Of a stretch of DNA of 64,000 bases, positions 1 to 14,200 are shown piece by piece; the first letter of the stretch is position 1; each line of letters starts with the position of its first letter. Made by a program: the position numbers and the translations under genes. The DNA comes from Lytechinus pictus (Eukaryota), in contig NC_087263.1 of NCBI RefSeq assembly GCF_037042905.1, positions 2,046,001 through 2,110,000 of the forward strand. The letters run 5' to 3'. The notes under the pieces are model-generated. The model was not told the DNA's origin and did not search any database. It saw only the letters and a list, made by a program, of their open reading frames with translations.

Positions 1-635
1 CATCGCTCAAGATGATAAACAGAGTTTCTGCCTTTAAAACGCACTGTAATGTTTATAGATAGTGGAATTGCTAATGCTAGTTTTTGATGAAAATACCAAT
101 ACATTAATAAGAGACATCTACAAAAAAATCGCGAAACATAATTGATTTCCTATGTAGTTTATTGTTTTTTTATTAATATGGACCTGGTCCTATCTTTGAT
201 CTGAAACATTACCATTCTATAGCCCACGACTATAATTATGCTTTTTCTTCTGTTTTCAAAATTTCTGAGGGGCAACGATCTTGAAAAGGGGGAAGCCCAA
301 AGTCTCCTCCCTCTTGGTGCCGCCACTCAGTGGCGGTGATAATTTGTTTTCACCGCTCCAGGAACACTCCAGCAAAGTTCTGGCGGTGTGAGTCGGCCTT
401 AAAGGAATTACGGGTTTGATGATAATAATAGTTGCATTTATGTAGCGCCTCATACTTTGTGCTTCTAAAGGCTTGACATGTTATTATTAATACCTCAGTC
501 ATTGGATCCATCACTGTTCCACTTATGAAGTGCACCATCTTTACTCCCTGGGGAACATGCTATGCAGGCACCCCCCCCCCCCCTGGGAGCACGAGTGATA
601 AACACATTGAAGTTCACATCCTATCGTGAAGCTAT

Positions 636-915
636 TAAAGGAAAAGTCCACCCCTACAAACAAGTTGATTTGAATAAAAAGAGAAAATTCCAAAAAGTCT
701 AACACTGAAAATTCATCAAAATCGGGTGTAAAATAAGAAAGTTATGACAATTTAAAGTTTCGCTTAATGTCACAAAACAGTCTATATGCAAAATAATGAG
801 GGGACTGATGACGTCACCATTCACTAATTCTTTATTATTTTATCATATGAAATATTCGAATTTTCTCCTCATTGTCATGTGAAACAAAGTTTTATTCCTC
901 CCTGAATATGTGCTA
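636..915 (+). mobile_element. Truncated copy of the TTAA-flanked Kolobok-like MITE family (full copy at 61400-61988)
   Basis: TTAA|AGGAAAAGTCCACCCC...TTGATTTGAATAAAAAGAGAAAA...CATCAAAATCGG, collinear with 61400-61690. Confidence 0.75.
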
Positions 916-2267
916 TTAAGAATCCTTTCTCAAAGAATTTAAACATTTTCTCCTGAAGTAAAACTGATCATTTTTGTACCATAGAGAAGTGAAAATATAC
1001 TGGTCATTTGTTTCGAATAAACTATTTTGATAAATAAGTAGATATCGGGCCTGAAAGATGCCCCAAACGGAATTTTCTTTCTCTGTCTTCTCTTGCAAAT
1101 TGTGCAAAACTTTTTGTTTTTAGCACAAATACTATGTATATCATCAGAAAGCTCAAAATCTGTACTTTGTTAAAATGTCACTCTTGATATGTGGCATCTT
1201 TTATATGGGTCAGCAGCCAGCTTTTTCCATCGAGATAAAAGACTAGATTTCTGAAATTTCTGAGTAGCATAAAATCCCGAGTTCTGATTGGCTGAGTAAT
1301 GTATTCAAAACAAAAGGCGTGGATAATTTGAAGAGATTACCACATTGTGAGTGTGACCTTGCAGTGGCCCAGTGTGGAAAAAATGGAATTCGCGTGGGTG
1401 TGTTGTCTCTTGACCAATTAGAGAGCAGTATTCTTGTTTTTAAACTGCTAAATGTACTTGGCCTATGAAAAGCTGGCTGTGACCCATCTAAAATATCTCT
1501 TCTTATTAAACTTATATCATATTTAAGCGTAGATCTTTAGCTTTATCATAATTTAAAATATCATTTGGGCAACTTTTGTTGCATGAAAATAATCACTTTG
1601 TACCATGTTGTAGGTCAAAGGTTTCACCTATATCACAAAATCCTTTTAAAAACCCAGACACGGATTGAAAGAATCATTTTTCTTCTTTATAAAGATACCA
1701 AAACCATGAAATTTTGTCAATATTTAAAGCAGCAATGGTCGAATACAAAGAGGTGTTTTCGTCCTCACCAAGCTCATTAACACTGCAAAAACCCTCTAGC
1801 CATGAATATCAGATAAACATGATAAAAGAGGTTACTTTTTGCTGTTCGGCTCACTGAACGCTGTTCTCAAACATGACAAAGTGTTGCAAAGCTGCTTTGA
1901 AATTGTTCAATGACTGTCTCAGAAGATTTATTATGTTTAATTTAGAGAGTACAGTGCCCATTCCTCAATCAACCCTAAAGTATGCTTTTTTGTCTTTCAG
2001 CTGAAAAGGGCTCAATGTTTTTCTTTTCATTGTTTGGTTGTACGTTTTTGTAGAGGAACTTGAAAGGTTTGTTTCATTCAACTGTTCAAGGACTAGCAAA
2101 TCGAAAATTATAATCTGTAAAACACAAATACACTCACTCATCATTCATATGTGGTTTACGAGATTGGAAATGTTTGGTGCTGTGATGTCAAACGTCATTT
2201 TGAGGAGTTGGACTTATTCTTGCTTAATCTTGTTTCTAGTTAATCAACTAGTTTATCACGGACGCCC

Positions 2268-5200
2268 ATGGCATCTATTAGAATGCGATCGCAGAGAGCC
2301 GGCCCGGAGAACGGGGCCAAATGTGTTCATCAGGAGTCTTCGAATTCCCTGGGGAAAGGGTTTTTGTTATTTGATACAGAATCGACCATTTCATTACTGA
2401 GAACAAAAACTGACGAAGATGACAGCAACGGAGAAAGGTAGGAGAATAAAGAAATATGTGTTCTAGAGTGTGTTCTAACAACTGAAAACACATCACAAAA
2501 GTCTGAGTCGACAACAATATTATTGGATACTACTTTGGACAGCCCCCCCCCCCCGGGGGCACTTACATTGTTGTTATGGGGACGTTCGTGCCTCTTTGAT
2601 GACCACCCTTTTCAGACCTAATGTTCAATTCTCTAGATACTTTGAACGACAAAAGTTCCGGTTAGAGGCCGCCCCGCTCGCAAGACTCCCGTTACGAAAC
2701 ATCTTAGTTCCCCATATCTCAACCCCAGATAACCTGATTTCCTTTTTACCCAGGTTACATTGTTACTACTAAAAAAACTTCATAGCACCGGAGTTTGCAA
2801 TAACACCCTCCAGTGGATAGATTCGTTTTTGACAAATCGTCAACCAGCAAGTTATCGTACAGGGTGAAACCTACGACAAGTGTGATGTAACATCAGGCGT
2901 CCCGCAAGGGACGGTCATCGGACCTCTCCTATTCCTCGCGTACAGTATATCAACGATAATCCTTCTTGGATGTACTCCAACGTTCGGCTTTTTGCAGATG
3001 ACTGTATTGTATACCGAGATATACATAATTATACTGGGACACAGAAATCTTACAAGGTGATCTGAACAAATTAACTACATGGGAAAAGGATTGGCATATG
3101 TCATTCAATGCCTCTAAATGCTTCAAAATGAGAATCACACATATAGAAAACCAATTCAAGTCAACAATAGGCTCAGTAATGTCACATCAGAAGAAGTGCA
3201 ACATTATTTCTATGGGTGTGGAGTTATCTAAGGACCTATGTTGGTTAACTAATATTGACCATATCTCACCAAAGGCCAATAAGATGTTGCGACTTTTAAA
3301 GAGAAATATGCACCCTTGCAACAGTGGTACAAAGGACATTGCGTACAAATCTCTAATACGACCAAGGCTGGAATACCGCGCAGCAGTTTTGGATCCACAA
3401 CACAAATAACATCAGGACAAGTTAGAACGGGTTCAACATAGGGCAGCAAGATTCACATTGAAAGATTACAGCAGGAAGTCTAGTGTCACCAAGATGCTAC
3501 AAAAGCTAAATTGTGATACAATGAAAGTCCGCAGAAGTAAGGCTGGGCTGGCAACCTTGTACAAAGAGACACATGGATTTTTACCCTCAAACATATTACC
3601 CATCTTCAATCTCAAACCCAACCAGCTGTAGATATCAAACTAGACAAAAGGGAACTCTAAAATACAACGTTATAAGACCAAATAGAGACTGCTACCGACA
3701 ATCCCTGTATCCCAAGACCATCCCAGAATAGAACCTTCTTGGTGAGGATGTCAGAAATTCCAGACATAGGAGTATTCAAACTCAAAACTTGAAAATGTGG
3801 ATATCAACACCCTTGTCTCAAAAGCACATTACCAAAATAAACTGTGTTTAACGATTGACCCAAACGTAAGCGACAACCAGATTGGTGATTGTACAGTTGT
3901 AGGTCAACGGACAGATACAGATTATATTAATTTTCTCTGTTCCTCCCACGTCCCTATCTTTTCTTGATTTTTATTTTAAACTGCAGATTCGGAGGTTCGT
4001 GGAAATGCTGTATTATACTCACGGTGGGACTACTAGTAGCGATTGTTTTTACAATCGTCGTGGCACTGCTTAGTAGTAATAACGCACATCATAAGCAGGG
4101 CATGCCATCAGAGGGCGCTTCAGACCCGATGTCCAGTGTATACCAACATGCAGCTGTTGTGACGGATACAGAGATATGTTCAATCATGGGGAAGTAAGTA
4201 GCGATGTTCTGTATATTTACTACTAGCATAAATTGAAAAAATGTCTATTTGATGCCAAGCGTATAATCCACCAAAACAACTATTTTTTAAAGTATACAAA
4301 TGATAGCCTGCCTTCATTTTATTTGTATGTCATTTGCTTTTCGTATGAATTAGGTAAACTGATAATGTGAATGCGTTCAAGTTGGGTCATTTAGGAAAAG
4401 CCCGTTGTGACTATAGGGTATTAACACACAACGGTGTACAAGACAGTTTTCTCTATGACAAAATATACCTGTGTTTGGCCATCGATATTTGATAATGTTG
4501 CATTTTCAGAAGTTTCGTAATTGTATCCCGTCAATGATTCCTGTATGACTTCACTGAGGGGCCCCGTTTAATGAAAGTGCCATCTCGATGCCATCTACAT
4601 AGAAAGCCAAACTGCCATGGGTGCAGACGCGTGGATTTTGCACGTAGAAAACATGGTCGATTATTGTCTAGCTTGGCTTTCCATAGTGACGGCGTCTGTG
4701 GTTATTCATTATTTTGTTGATTTCACCATGTAAAATTTTCACATTCAAAATACTTACAGTAGGAGCAAAGTATATATTCATAAACAAAAGATAATTGAAG
4801 CGTAGAGTCCTCTGATTATCACAATTATTAAGAAGAATGCACTTTCTTGAAACGGGCCCCAATTTATTCGAGCCACCCCACCCCCTGAAAAAAAATGCAA
4901 CAAATCCGATATCGTTAAAGTAACATTTTAAAGTTGTGTAGTTGGCCAATTGTGGCCTAAATTAACATGAAATATGAATATTCTCACGATTTCACAATAA
5001 ATCAACTTCCTGCATGCCCCGTGAAACCCGATAATTCTTTCGAATCAATTTTTTTTCTTACTCGTCTGCACACAGGGAAATCTTGGAGCGGGGTGGCTCG
5101 GCTGTGGACGCTCTCATTACATCGCAGCTATGTATCGGCCTTGTGAATGCGCAGAGCTCCGGTCTGGGCGGCGGCTTCTTCATGGTCATTTATGACGCAG

Positions 5201-8200
5201 CCAGCCAATCGTCTCACTTCATCGATGCCAGAGAGACGGCGCCCTCAGGGGCCAATTGGGGTTTCGTCACTCATCGACTTGCAACTGGCTCGCAGACAGG
5301 TAATTATTTGAAGGGTCTACAGTTTCAGATTTATCCATTAAGAGTGCTACTACCATACTGTCATTTGAGCTGATGATTGTTTTAGGATATGTGATATTAA
5401 AGTTTGAAAATAATCAATCAATAAATGTGTAACGTGAATGACCCTTCTGTGGAAGACCAGTGATTTTTAACGAACGTTTTGTGTAATTTGACTTTTTTTT
5501 TTTCATAAAGCTGAACTGGCTACTCTGTTATATATAATAATAACTTACATATAGGATTGTAAATTGTTGCATCTTTATTTAAGGTATCAATTCAACAGCC
5601 ATTCCTGGTGAAGTGCGCGGTCTATGGGACGCTCACCAAAAGTATGGAAAGCTACCGTGGGAGGATCTGTTTAAACCAATAATTGAGCTGGCTGACAAGG
5701 GATACCGTGCTACTTCGCATCTCGAGGATACGTTACGGAAGATGGTAGCGGTTAAACCGCTAAGCGAATATGAGGGACAATGGTATGTAATCAATTGGCA
5801 CCTGAATATCTTAATAATACCATCAAATTATACACACCCTCTCGTAATCTTCGTTCAATCACTGACACATGCAGACTTTGCATTCCCTTGTCAAAACTCT
5901 CCTCTGCCGAAAAACGTTTTGCTGTAGCAGCTGCCAAGACGTGGAATGCTATCCCTCTTTCAATAAGAAATGCTTCCAGTGTTCTTGGCTTCAATACCTC
6001 CTTCCTCAATAATTAATTTCCCTTTGTATCTTGAATATTGTAGTTAAATTATTATTCATGTTAAATTATTATTCATACATTGTACGCGCTATGGTACTTT
6101 TTGTTTTTAGCGCCTCTAAATATCCATTATTATTATTGTTATTATCTGCTCTGTAAAAATCACAGTGTGTCCAGTGTGTCCAATGTGTTCATAGTGTGTC
6201 CAGTGTGTTCACCGTGTATCCAGTGTGTACACAGTGTATCCAGAATGTGCTCAGTGTGTCCTGTGTGGTAACAATGTGTTCAGTGTGTACAGTGTGTTCA
6301 CAGTGTGTTCAGTGTGTCTACGGTGTGTGTTCACAGTGTGCCAAGTGTGTGTCCAGTGTGTTCACAGTGTGTCCAGTATGTGCAAAGTGTGTACCAAGTG
6401 TATCTGGTGTGTCAGTGTGTTCACAGTTTGTCCAGTGTGTTCAGTGTGTATCCGGTGTGTCCAGTGTGTTCAGTGTGTGTCCAGTGTGTTCACAGTGTGT
6501 CAAGTGTGTACATTGTGTGTCCAGTGTGTTCGGGAGTGTAACATAGTGTGACATCATCTTGACATTTGTTATTTCAAGAATTTTAACCATATGAATGACA
6601 TTTTCACATAGTGTAATCCGTAAACAAACTGTGAAAACTCACATTATAGAGGTGTCAATAGTGTGGATCACCTTCACACTGTTCAATTTTAATTTTTTAA
6701 CAGTATGAATTACATTTGTACATGATCCACAGTGTAAACACACTGCGAATGCTCACACTGTATAGTTGAACACAGTGTAGAAATGTATTCACACTGTTGA
6801 AAGTTTGAGTATCAGCGTAAAGCACCTCTTCACAGATCAGTTCACTAAGCGAAAACTGTGAAAACACTGCGGGACACTGTGTTGTGCTTTATGTTTTTTT
6901 TTTTTTTTAATCAGAATAGTCTTTAAATTAATTCAAGAGAATGCATTTTCACTTCATTACTGGGTATCTATTCATCTTCGATTGAACAATATTACAGGAT
7001 AAAAAGCCATTCCTACACGAAGTTGCACCATACAAATCAATATCCGAAAACGCCATCAACGTAAGAAGAAAATGAAATGGGGAAGAAAAAGGAGGAGAAA
7101 GCGATTGTACTCCGTATTTTAGAAAAAAAAATACACAATTTAAACTTAGGAAGTAATTTAATTATTGATATGACTGCACAGTGCGTCCCTAAAAATATCC
7201 TTCTGACATAGGGCTGAATTAATTCCAAAATGTGGTAGTATTCTCAATTAAATGTACAAGAACGGAAAGCTCATTTCATGCTCTAACTTCGATGGAAATT
7301 GTCACTTTTCTCAGTTCAGCGGTTTTGAATACACATTCTATTATGTAGCAGTGATGCACTTCATGTATTCACATCAATTGAATTGGTTTTGTAATATTAT
7401 TCTTGCATCGAGTATGTTTTCACCAAATTGAAAAGAAAGTCGTGTAATACGGAAAGCCATGTATGTAAATCTCGGCTATTATCATGACTGTATAAATCAT
7501 TCCCCTTTATTTATATAATTTATGTATCATTCATTCTTCTTGATCCTTTTTCAAAGGGACATCTACTTAAATGAAGATGAAAGCTATAAACGCGAAGGGG
7601 ATCTAGTAAAAAATATCGCCTTGGCAAACACACTGCGTGCAATATCAGTGAATGGATCAGACGAATTCTACACCGGAGCGACGGCAATGAAAATGGTTGA
7701 CGAAGTGCAGGAATTAGGTAGGATTTGAGAAATATACAGATAGAAGTAAAGAGCGAGGGGAGGGAAAGACAGAAAGAGAGAGAGAGGGGGGTGGGTGAAA
7801 GAGAGAGGGGGAGACCTGCAGAGGGGGTGAATGGGGACAAGGGAAATGATAGTGATCGCGCGTTAAAGAAAAAGTTTGTTGTAAAAATGGCAGAAAAAGT
7901 TATTAAAAAAAAAAAATAATAATATTCCGCATTTATATAGCGCTTAACACATCGGAACGACGTCTCTAAGCGCTTTACAGATATATTATTACCCCGGTCA
8001 TCGGATCCTTGCATGCCCGCATTCAATGTAAGCACCTTCTCCACTCCCTGGGGAGCATTCCAACAAGAGTTCCAAGACTCAATTGCTAGGCATACTACAT
8101 AGGCTTTCGCATCCTACCGGGTACCCATTTAACACCTGGGTGGAGAGTGGCAAATTGTGGATTGACGCCTTGCCAAAGGACGTTAGGCCATGGTGGGATT

Positions 8201-11200
8201 CGAACACACGACCCTCTGATTACAAGGTAAAGGTTTGAGGAAAATCTATTTAATAAAAAGAAAGTTATTATAATTTTTGGTTTTGGATTCGTAGCGTCAT
8301 ACACGAGCGGGTGCCCCATATGTTATTTAATATATAATGCATACATTTCAATCTTTTAATTGTTCGTGATGACTAATTTATGTTTTCGCCTTAGGAACGG
8401 GTGTGAAATGATTTGTCTATTGATATTCTGAAGGTACAGTAAAAATCAATTTCAATTTTCTGAGAAAGTGACTTTTCATTGATTTTTTTACCATACGATA
8501 TGCCTATGGAGAAAAGCGTCTCGCATATGACGTCACAAATCAAATAATTAAAATTCAACTAATTTTTTTATTCTTTCATGGATTTTTCTCAAGCCTTCGG
8601 CAATATTTTAAAGTATTTTTTCTGCTATTTTTACAATAAACTTTTTGTCGGGGTTAGCTTCCCCTTTAACTTAACCCTCAATGGCAACTGAGGACTCACA
8701 CAAACTAAACTTTCGAACGAGGACGCACCGCACATTGCTGACAAATACCCGGTAAGCGGACCATTGCAAAAGGTCCTGAATTGTACACTTTTGCTTATAG
8801 GGGTACTTCATACCAATACTTCGATTCCCCAAAAACTTGTATGAAACATTTGTGGTTGTACAACCAGGGCACTGGGAACAATGAGGATGTAAATATGACA
8901 TGCAAAAAAAGTGTTTACTACAAAAATGAAGGTTATTTCGTTTAGAGAAATTGGACGAGCCAAAAAAAAAAATCGTTTTTAACAGAGGGAAATATTATAG
9001 GCCCCAATCTCAACTGTAGAGTCACGTTGGATAAGCACCAACGTTGATATTTTTAAGCACTTATATTTATGCTCGTTTGATTTTTTTAGGCGGTATCCTG
9101 ACAATGAGGGATCTTGGCAGTTATTCAACCCGATCAGGTCCGGCAGTGACGTCACCTGTCGGTGAAGATATGATATTACTAGCGCCCCCATCGCCGTCAG
9201 GGGGTCCAGTGCTACAGTTTATTGTCAACGTCATGCAGTGTAAGTGTCAAAGACTTCTCAGACATATACACTGCAAAAGCGCTGGTGTTAATTTAACACC
9301 ATCCTGGTATTTATATCGGAAAGACCAAGGAAGTGTTAAAAGAACACCAGTTAAAAATCAAACCGATATTGTTTTAACACTAATTGGTGTTGCTTAAATC
9401 CCTATCCGGTGTTAGCCTTACGCCAGTCTGGTGTTGTTTCAACACCTCTCTGATGTTTTCCTATATACTCGTAGATACATGGGTGGTGTTAAATGAACAC
9501 CAGTGTTTTCGCAGTGTAGGAGGCTTCCGACGGTGCATTTTCGGAAAGCATGTCAGTCATCCTTCATCAACACTATTGTGTTGGGATTATTTGCTCCACG
9601 GCGCACGACGGATTCAAGAACGTAGAAAATGTATTGTTAAATGCCCTTCATGACAATGAACTACCAAGGAGTCTTGCCGAAAATTGGTGAATCAAAACGG
9701 AGGTTTTGCCCCAGAGTCCGGAAAAACGACACTTATGCATTGTTTCGTCAGCTCCGAAACTCAGGAGGAAACTGCTGTTCCGGTTGACCAATTTCGACAA
9801 AGAACTCCTAGTTGTTTTTGTCATTTGATGGGCATGTTCAATGTCTTTACTATGTTCATGAATCCGTCACTCGTTGCAGTGTGACAACTACTTTAAAATA
9901 TCTACTCAACGCCGCACAGAGTGGCACAATCACTTTATTTTTTTGATGTTGACACTTAAACGTGTTAATGTATGATGTAACTGCTTGATCATTTTCAGAT
10001 CGAATATTTTCAGCTTTCCCTTCATCCTCCTATTGTGCATTAACTTTTTTTACTCCTTTCCGCAGCATTTAATTTAACACACGAAGATTTCAAACCTGGT
10101 CCGAATCTGGTTAGAACTTATCACCGATTTCTAGAAGCTAGTCGCTTTGCGTTCGGGCTAAGAAGTAGGATAGGGGACAAAGAAACCCCGGATGTACAGC
10201 AGGTAAGTCATTTCAGCTAGTGCAAAGCTAATAGCGCATTTTCGCACTACAACGCATAACGAGTTCAAGAATACAGTAAATGTATTGAAATTACATGTAT
10301 TTGTCAGCTAAAAATAAACAGCTGGGATGCCTTTGTCGGAAATTGATGAACCGGAACAGCAGTTTCATATTTTGTTTAGGAAGTGACAGAAAATGCAAAA
10401 TATGTCGTTTGTCCAGACTCCAGGACGAAACTGCTGTTTTGATTAACCAATTTTCGACAAAAACTTCTTGGTGGTTCATTGTCACGAAGTGCATTCGACA
10501 ATAGATTTTTAATGTTCTGGAATCCGTCATGCTTTGTTGAAGCGAAAACTCTCTATTGCGACACTCGCAACTCTATTTTGCAAAATTAATGACAATGATT
10601 GTTTTTAATTTCCGGAATTTGAAACGTCCTTTTACCTGTTTTGGGGGAAAATTAAGTTTCAAAGTTCATTCACACGTGAAATACTATTTTGATTGTCATC
10701 ATTATCATCATCTTCTTCTTCTACATCACCATCATCGTCATCATCATTACTATCACCACTGCCTTCATCATCACCATCATTCTTATCATGATCGTGATTA
10801 CCATCATCACTTCCTCCGTCCGTTCATTCATTCGCCATCATTACCATCATCATATCACATCATTATCACCATCATCACCATTATCATACCACCATCATCA
10901 TCGTCACTCTTACCATAAGCATTATCATGGTCGTCATCCAGTGGCGGACCGTGACCCGGATGAGACAATGATTGGAAGGGCACTGTGTTGTCTGTGAACA
11001 ATGCTGTGCTCCTCCAAAGCTTTGTCTCCTCCGGGTTACGGTCATCATCACCATCACTACCACAANNNNNNNNNNNNNNNNNNNNNNNNNNNNNNNNNNN
11101 NNNNNNNNNNNNNNNNNNNNNNNNNNNNNNNNNNNNNNNNNNNNNNNNNNNNNNNNNNNNNNNNNNNNNNNNNNNNNNNNNNNNNNNNNNNNNNNNNCAT

Positions 11201-14200
11201 GCGCGCCGTCACCATCATCACTTCTTTGTTTAATGTCATCACCTTTTTCAAACTTTTTTTTTTTCAGGCATTAGGTGCCCTTGGATCTCTTGAGTATGCC
11301 CGTCAAGTAGCGGCTTCAATTCCTACTAACCGTGTTTATTCTACGAACTCGAGCTATTACAACGTCATACCCCAAGTTACTACTACCCTAGGCGGTACGA
11401 GTCACGTTAGTGTACTCGCAGAAAATGGCGATGCGGCATCATCCACAACGTCCGTCAATTACAGGTTATCCATTTTCTCTTTCTCTCTTCGACTCCCCTC
11501 CACTGAACTGAGAGAGCCGATTGCCCATATCATTCTGTCTCCCTACCAATCTGGTCTCTCAATCACTGTTGTGCCAAAGGCCAAGGTCAAGAACAGAATG
11601 GCCGAGGTCAAGATCAAATCAAAGGACTAGACTACCGAGACCAAAGACAAGGACTCGACTTTCAAGACCCAAACCAATGAGAAGACGATACCAATACCAA
11701 ATACTCGACTCCCAAGACCAAAGGCAAGACCTATATGTCCGGGTCCAAAGCCAAGGACAACACGTCCGAGACCAAAGGCAAGGCCAAGTTCACATAGTTT
11801 TTGTGAATACCAAGGCCAAGTCTCGAGAAACACAACACTGCTCTTTGTTACTCTCACCCACCCCCCCCCCTCTCTCTCTCTTTCTCTCTCTCTCTCAGTT
11901 CATCCTCATATGTTTGTGACGTTATGCTATTTTGTCAATACGAATATGTCAATAGCACTCGTTACAATCTATTGGAATCATTGGACTTGCTTGACTCAGG
12001 AACTTTGGTCAGCGAAGACCACCGACATAGCTAACCATTCGCTCTCAAGAGCAAAGTAAAAACTGATTCTCAGTCAATGTGGATAGCATGAAATGATTTT
12101 GAATGATTATGCATATTATTATTGACAACTCATTTTCATTCGGTGTTTTTTATTTTTTTTTATTTGTCACAATAATTATTGAGATTATATGGAAAAGTAC
12201 AAAACTTATTTAAACACCAGGATGGTATGTGGTATTGCTGTCGACATCTCAAAGTCAACTCAGATCTTGCATAACCTTTTTTTAAACACTTTATTATGGA
12301 ACACCCGCTGTGAGACAAAATAGAAAACGTTGACCCGGTATTTAAGATTGATTTTATTTTATTGCTCGAGTTGCTAATTTATATAAATATAAATATTTTA
12401 AATCATTATGCCCTTTTTTTATGCATGATAATTGTACAGTACTCTGGCAGAGAAACCTATGTTAGTACGTTCAATTTAATGCAATTTTTGTCCTCCATAC
12501 AGATTTGGGAGTAAGGTCCGCTCACCGTCTACAGGCATCATTTACAACAACGACATGTCCGATTTTAGCTACGATCTTGCTTCCCCTAATTATGTCGCTC
12601 CTGGGAAGCGCCCTCTCTCGTCGATGTGTGGTTCTATAGTTATCGGCAAAGATGGTCACGTGAGGTTGGTGGAGGGGAGCGCGGGAAGCAAGAAAATCAT
12701 TACAATGAATGCGTGGGTAAGGGGATCACTCATTATCTGTATGGCAAGGTCACCCAAGTCTGCGCAGTCCCCCATGTCTGCGCATACGTATATCGGCGCG
12801 ATTCTATTAAAAGAATATACGCAACGAACACAAACTTTGCACATGCAATGCATAGACAGATGTTCATTAAAAAGAATCCGACTAAAAATGGGGGGGGGGG
12901 GAATAATGAATTTTGGGCATTTCATGTGACGGCCTCAAAATGCAGCCTTTCTCATTAAAATCCCCGAGTCGCGTACAAAGTAAACGGGTGCGGAGACACG
13001 GGGCACTATTTTTCTGTTCAATCTGAAAATGACTGCCCGAGGTTTTTTCCAAGAAAATCATACATTTCTTTCAATTTTCATGAGATATTTGGCACGCTTA
13101 CTCATAATAATATAGAAAACATCAACTGAAAGATTTTGTGAAATAAAAAAAAATCATGTTAAATCTTAACTTAAATCGTTAGGTGCGCAGTCTTGGTGAC
13201 CACCTTCATACCTATGATACGATATCCAACAGTAGCAAATGGTTAAGACCTAACATAAACTAATTTAATTCTATGGAGGACTATTCCGTGTACTTGACCA
13301 AACGTCCTTGTACTTCCAACATTTCAGTAACAATTTTCGGGGAAGGAATCGTGTCAGGGGGGGGGGGACAAAAAGGATTGGTCATTTGAATATGTCAGCC
13401 AATAAAGCAGTTCAATTTAAGGAGATTTTTGTTTCATTGACATTGATCAATTTTTTCTTTTTAATGTACGATCCATCAGGTTATTTTAAGTACGATGCTA
13501 GGTCAGATGCCACTCTCGCAAGCAATCGACGGAAAGCTGATTCACGCTGAGCTGAGACCCGAAATATATGAAGTTTATGAGAGTGGTTTTGATCAGGTAT
13601 GTTGTGTTCGAAATGTTTTATTCCTTTTTTACTTTGATCCTCTTTTTTTTTTTTTTTTACTTTGGTAGAGATCTATGCCCATAATTATGGTCATGGTAAA
13701 ATATACCCGCCCAGTTTAAGATATACATTTTTATTTTCATTCATTCGTTTGCATTGCCAAACTCAAATCGTACCGGATTTTTATCGTATATGCTCTCTTA
13801 CTAAATAATTTGGAAGATATACATAAACTTTGGTTGATATGACGCTATTCTATCCATATCTGATTGAGTGAATATTTAATAATTTAATGAACATGAAAGA
13901 TGTGAAACATTGTCCTATTTGAGTTTTTTGAAACTGTCTAGTAGTTGTCGATAATCTCTCTCTGAGGGATTATATTTTCTTGTACACTGTCAATGTGCAA
14001 TAGAAAACAAACACAGGCCCTAATTCAACTTAAAACTTAAGATTGAACATCGATAATGCCTTGTTTCTACTAAATTTTCTTCAGGAAAGAATTCAAAGAT
14101 GATTTTGATTGAACAAAGTTCACCAATTTGTATTATATCTAGGACATGATTGATCAGCTGACGACACTAGGCCATGGCTTGATCGAACAGACAACCATAT

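Noticed and set aside
2370-2400. Acidic dileucine sorting signal (ESTISLL) in the GGT tail
   Set aside because: The spacing is ExxxxLL, not the canonical [DE]xxxL[LI].
6196-6551. Cys/Val-rich ORFs resembling metallothionein or keratin-associated proteins
   Set aside because: Translation of an intronic CAGTGTGT minisatellite that is open in all three frames.
10556-11274. His-rich and Ile-rich ORFs (also the poly-Ser/Val/Leu ORFs at 16501-17306 and Met-rich ORFs at 32831-33928)
   Set aside because: Trinucleotide microsatellites and N gaps.
12503-12716. Horizontal transfer of a Bacillus-type lid-less GGT
   Set aside because: The gene has 10 spliceosomal introns, a type II TM anchor and animal GGT1-like sequence (FGSKVRSP, SSMC, SDPRKGG). 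Independent loop loss is more parsimonious.
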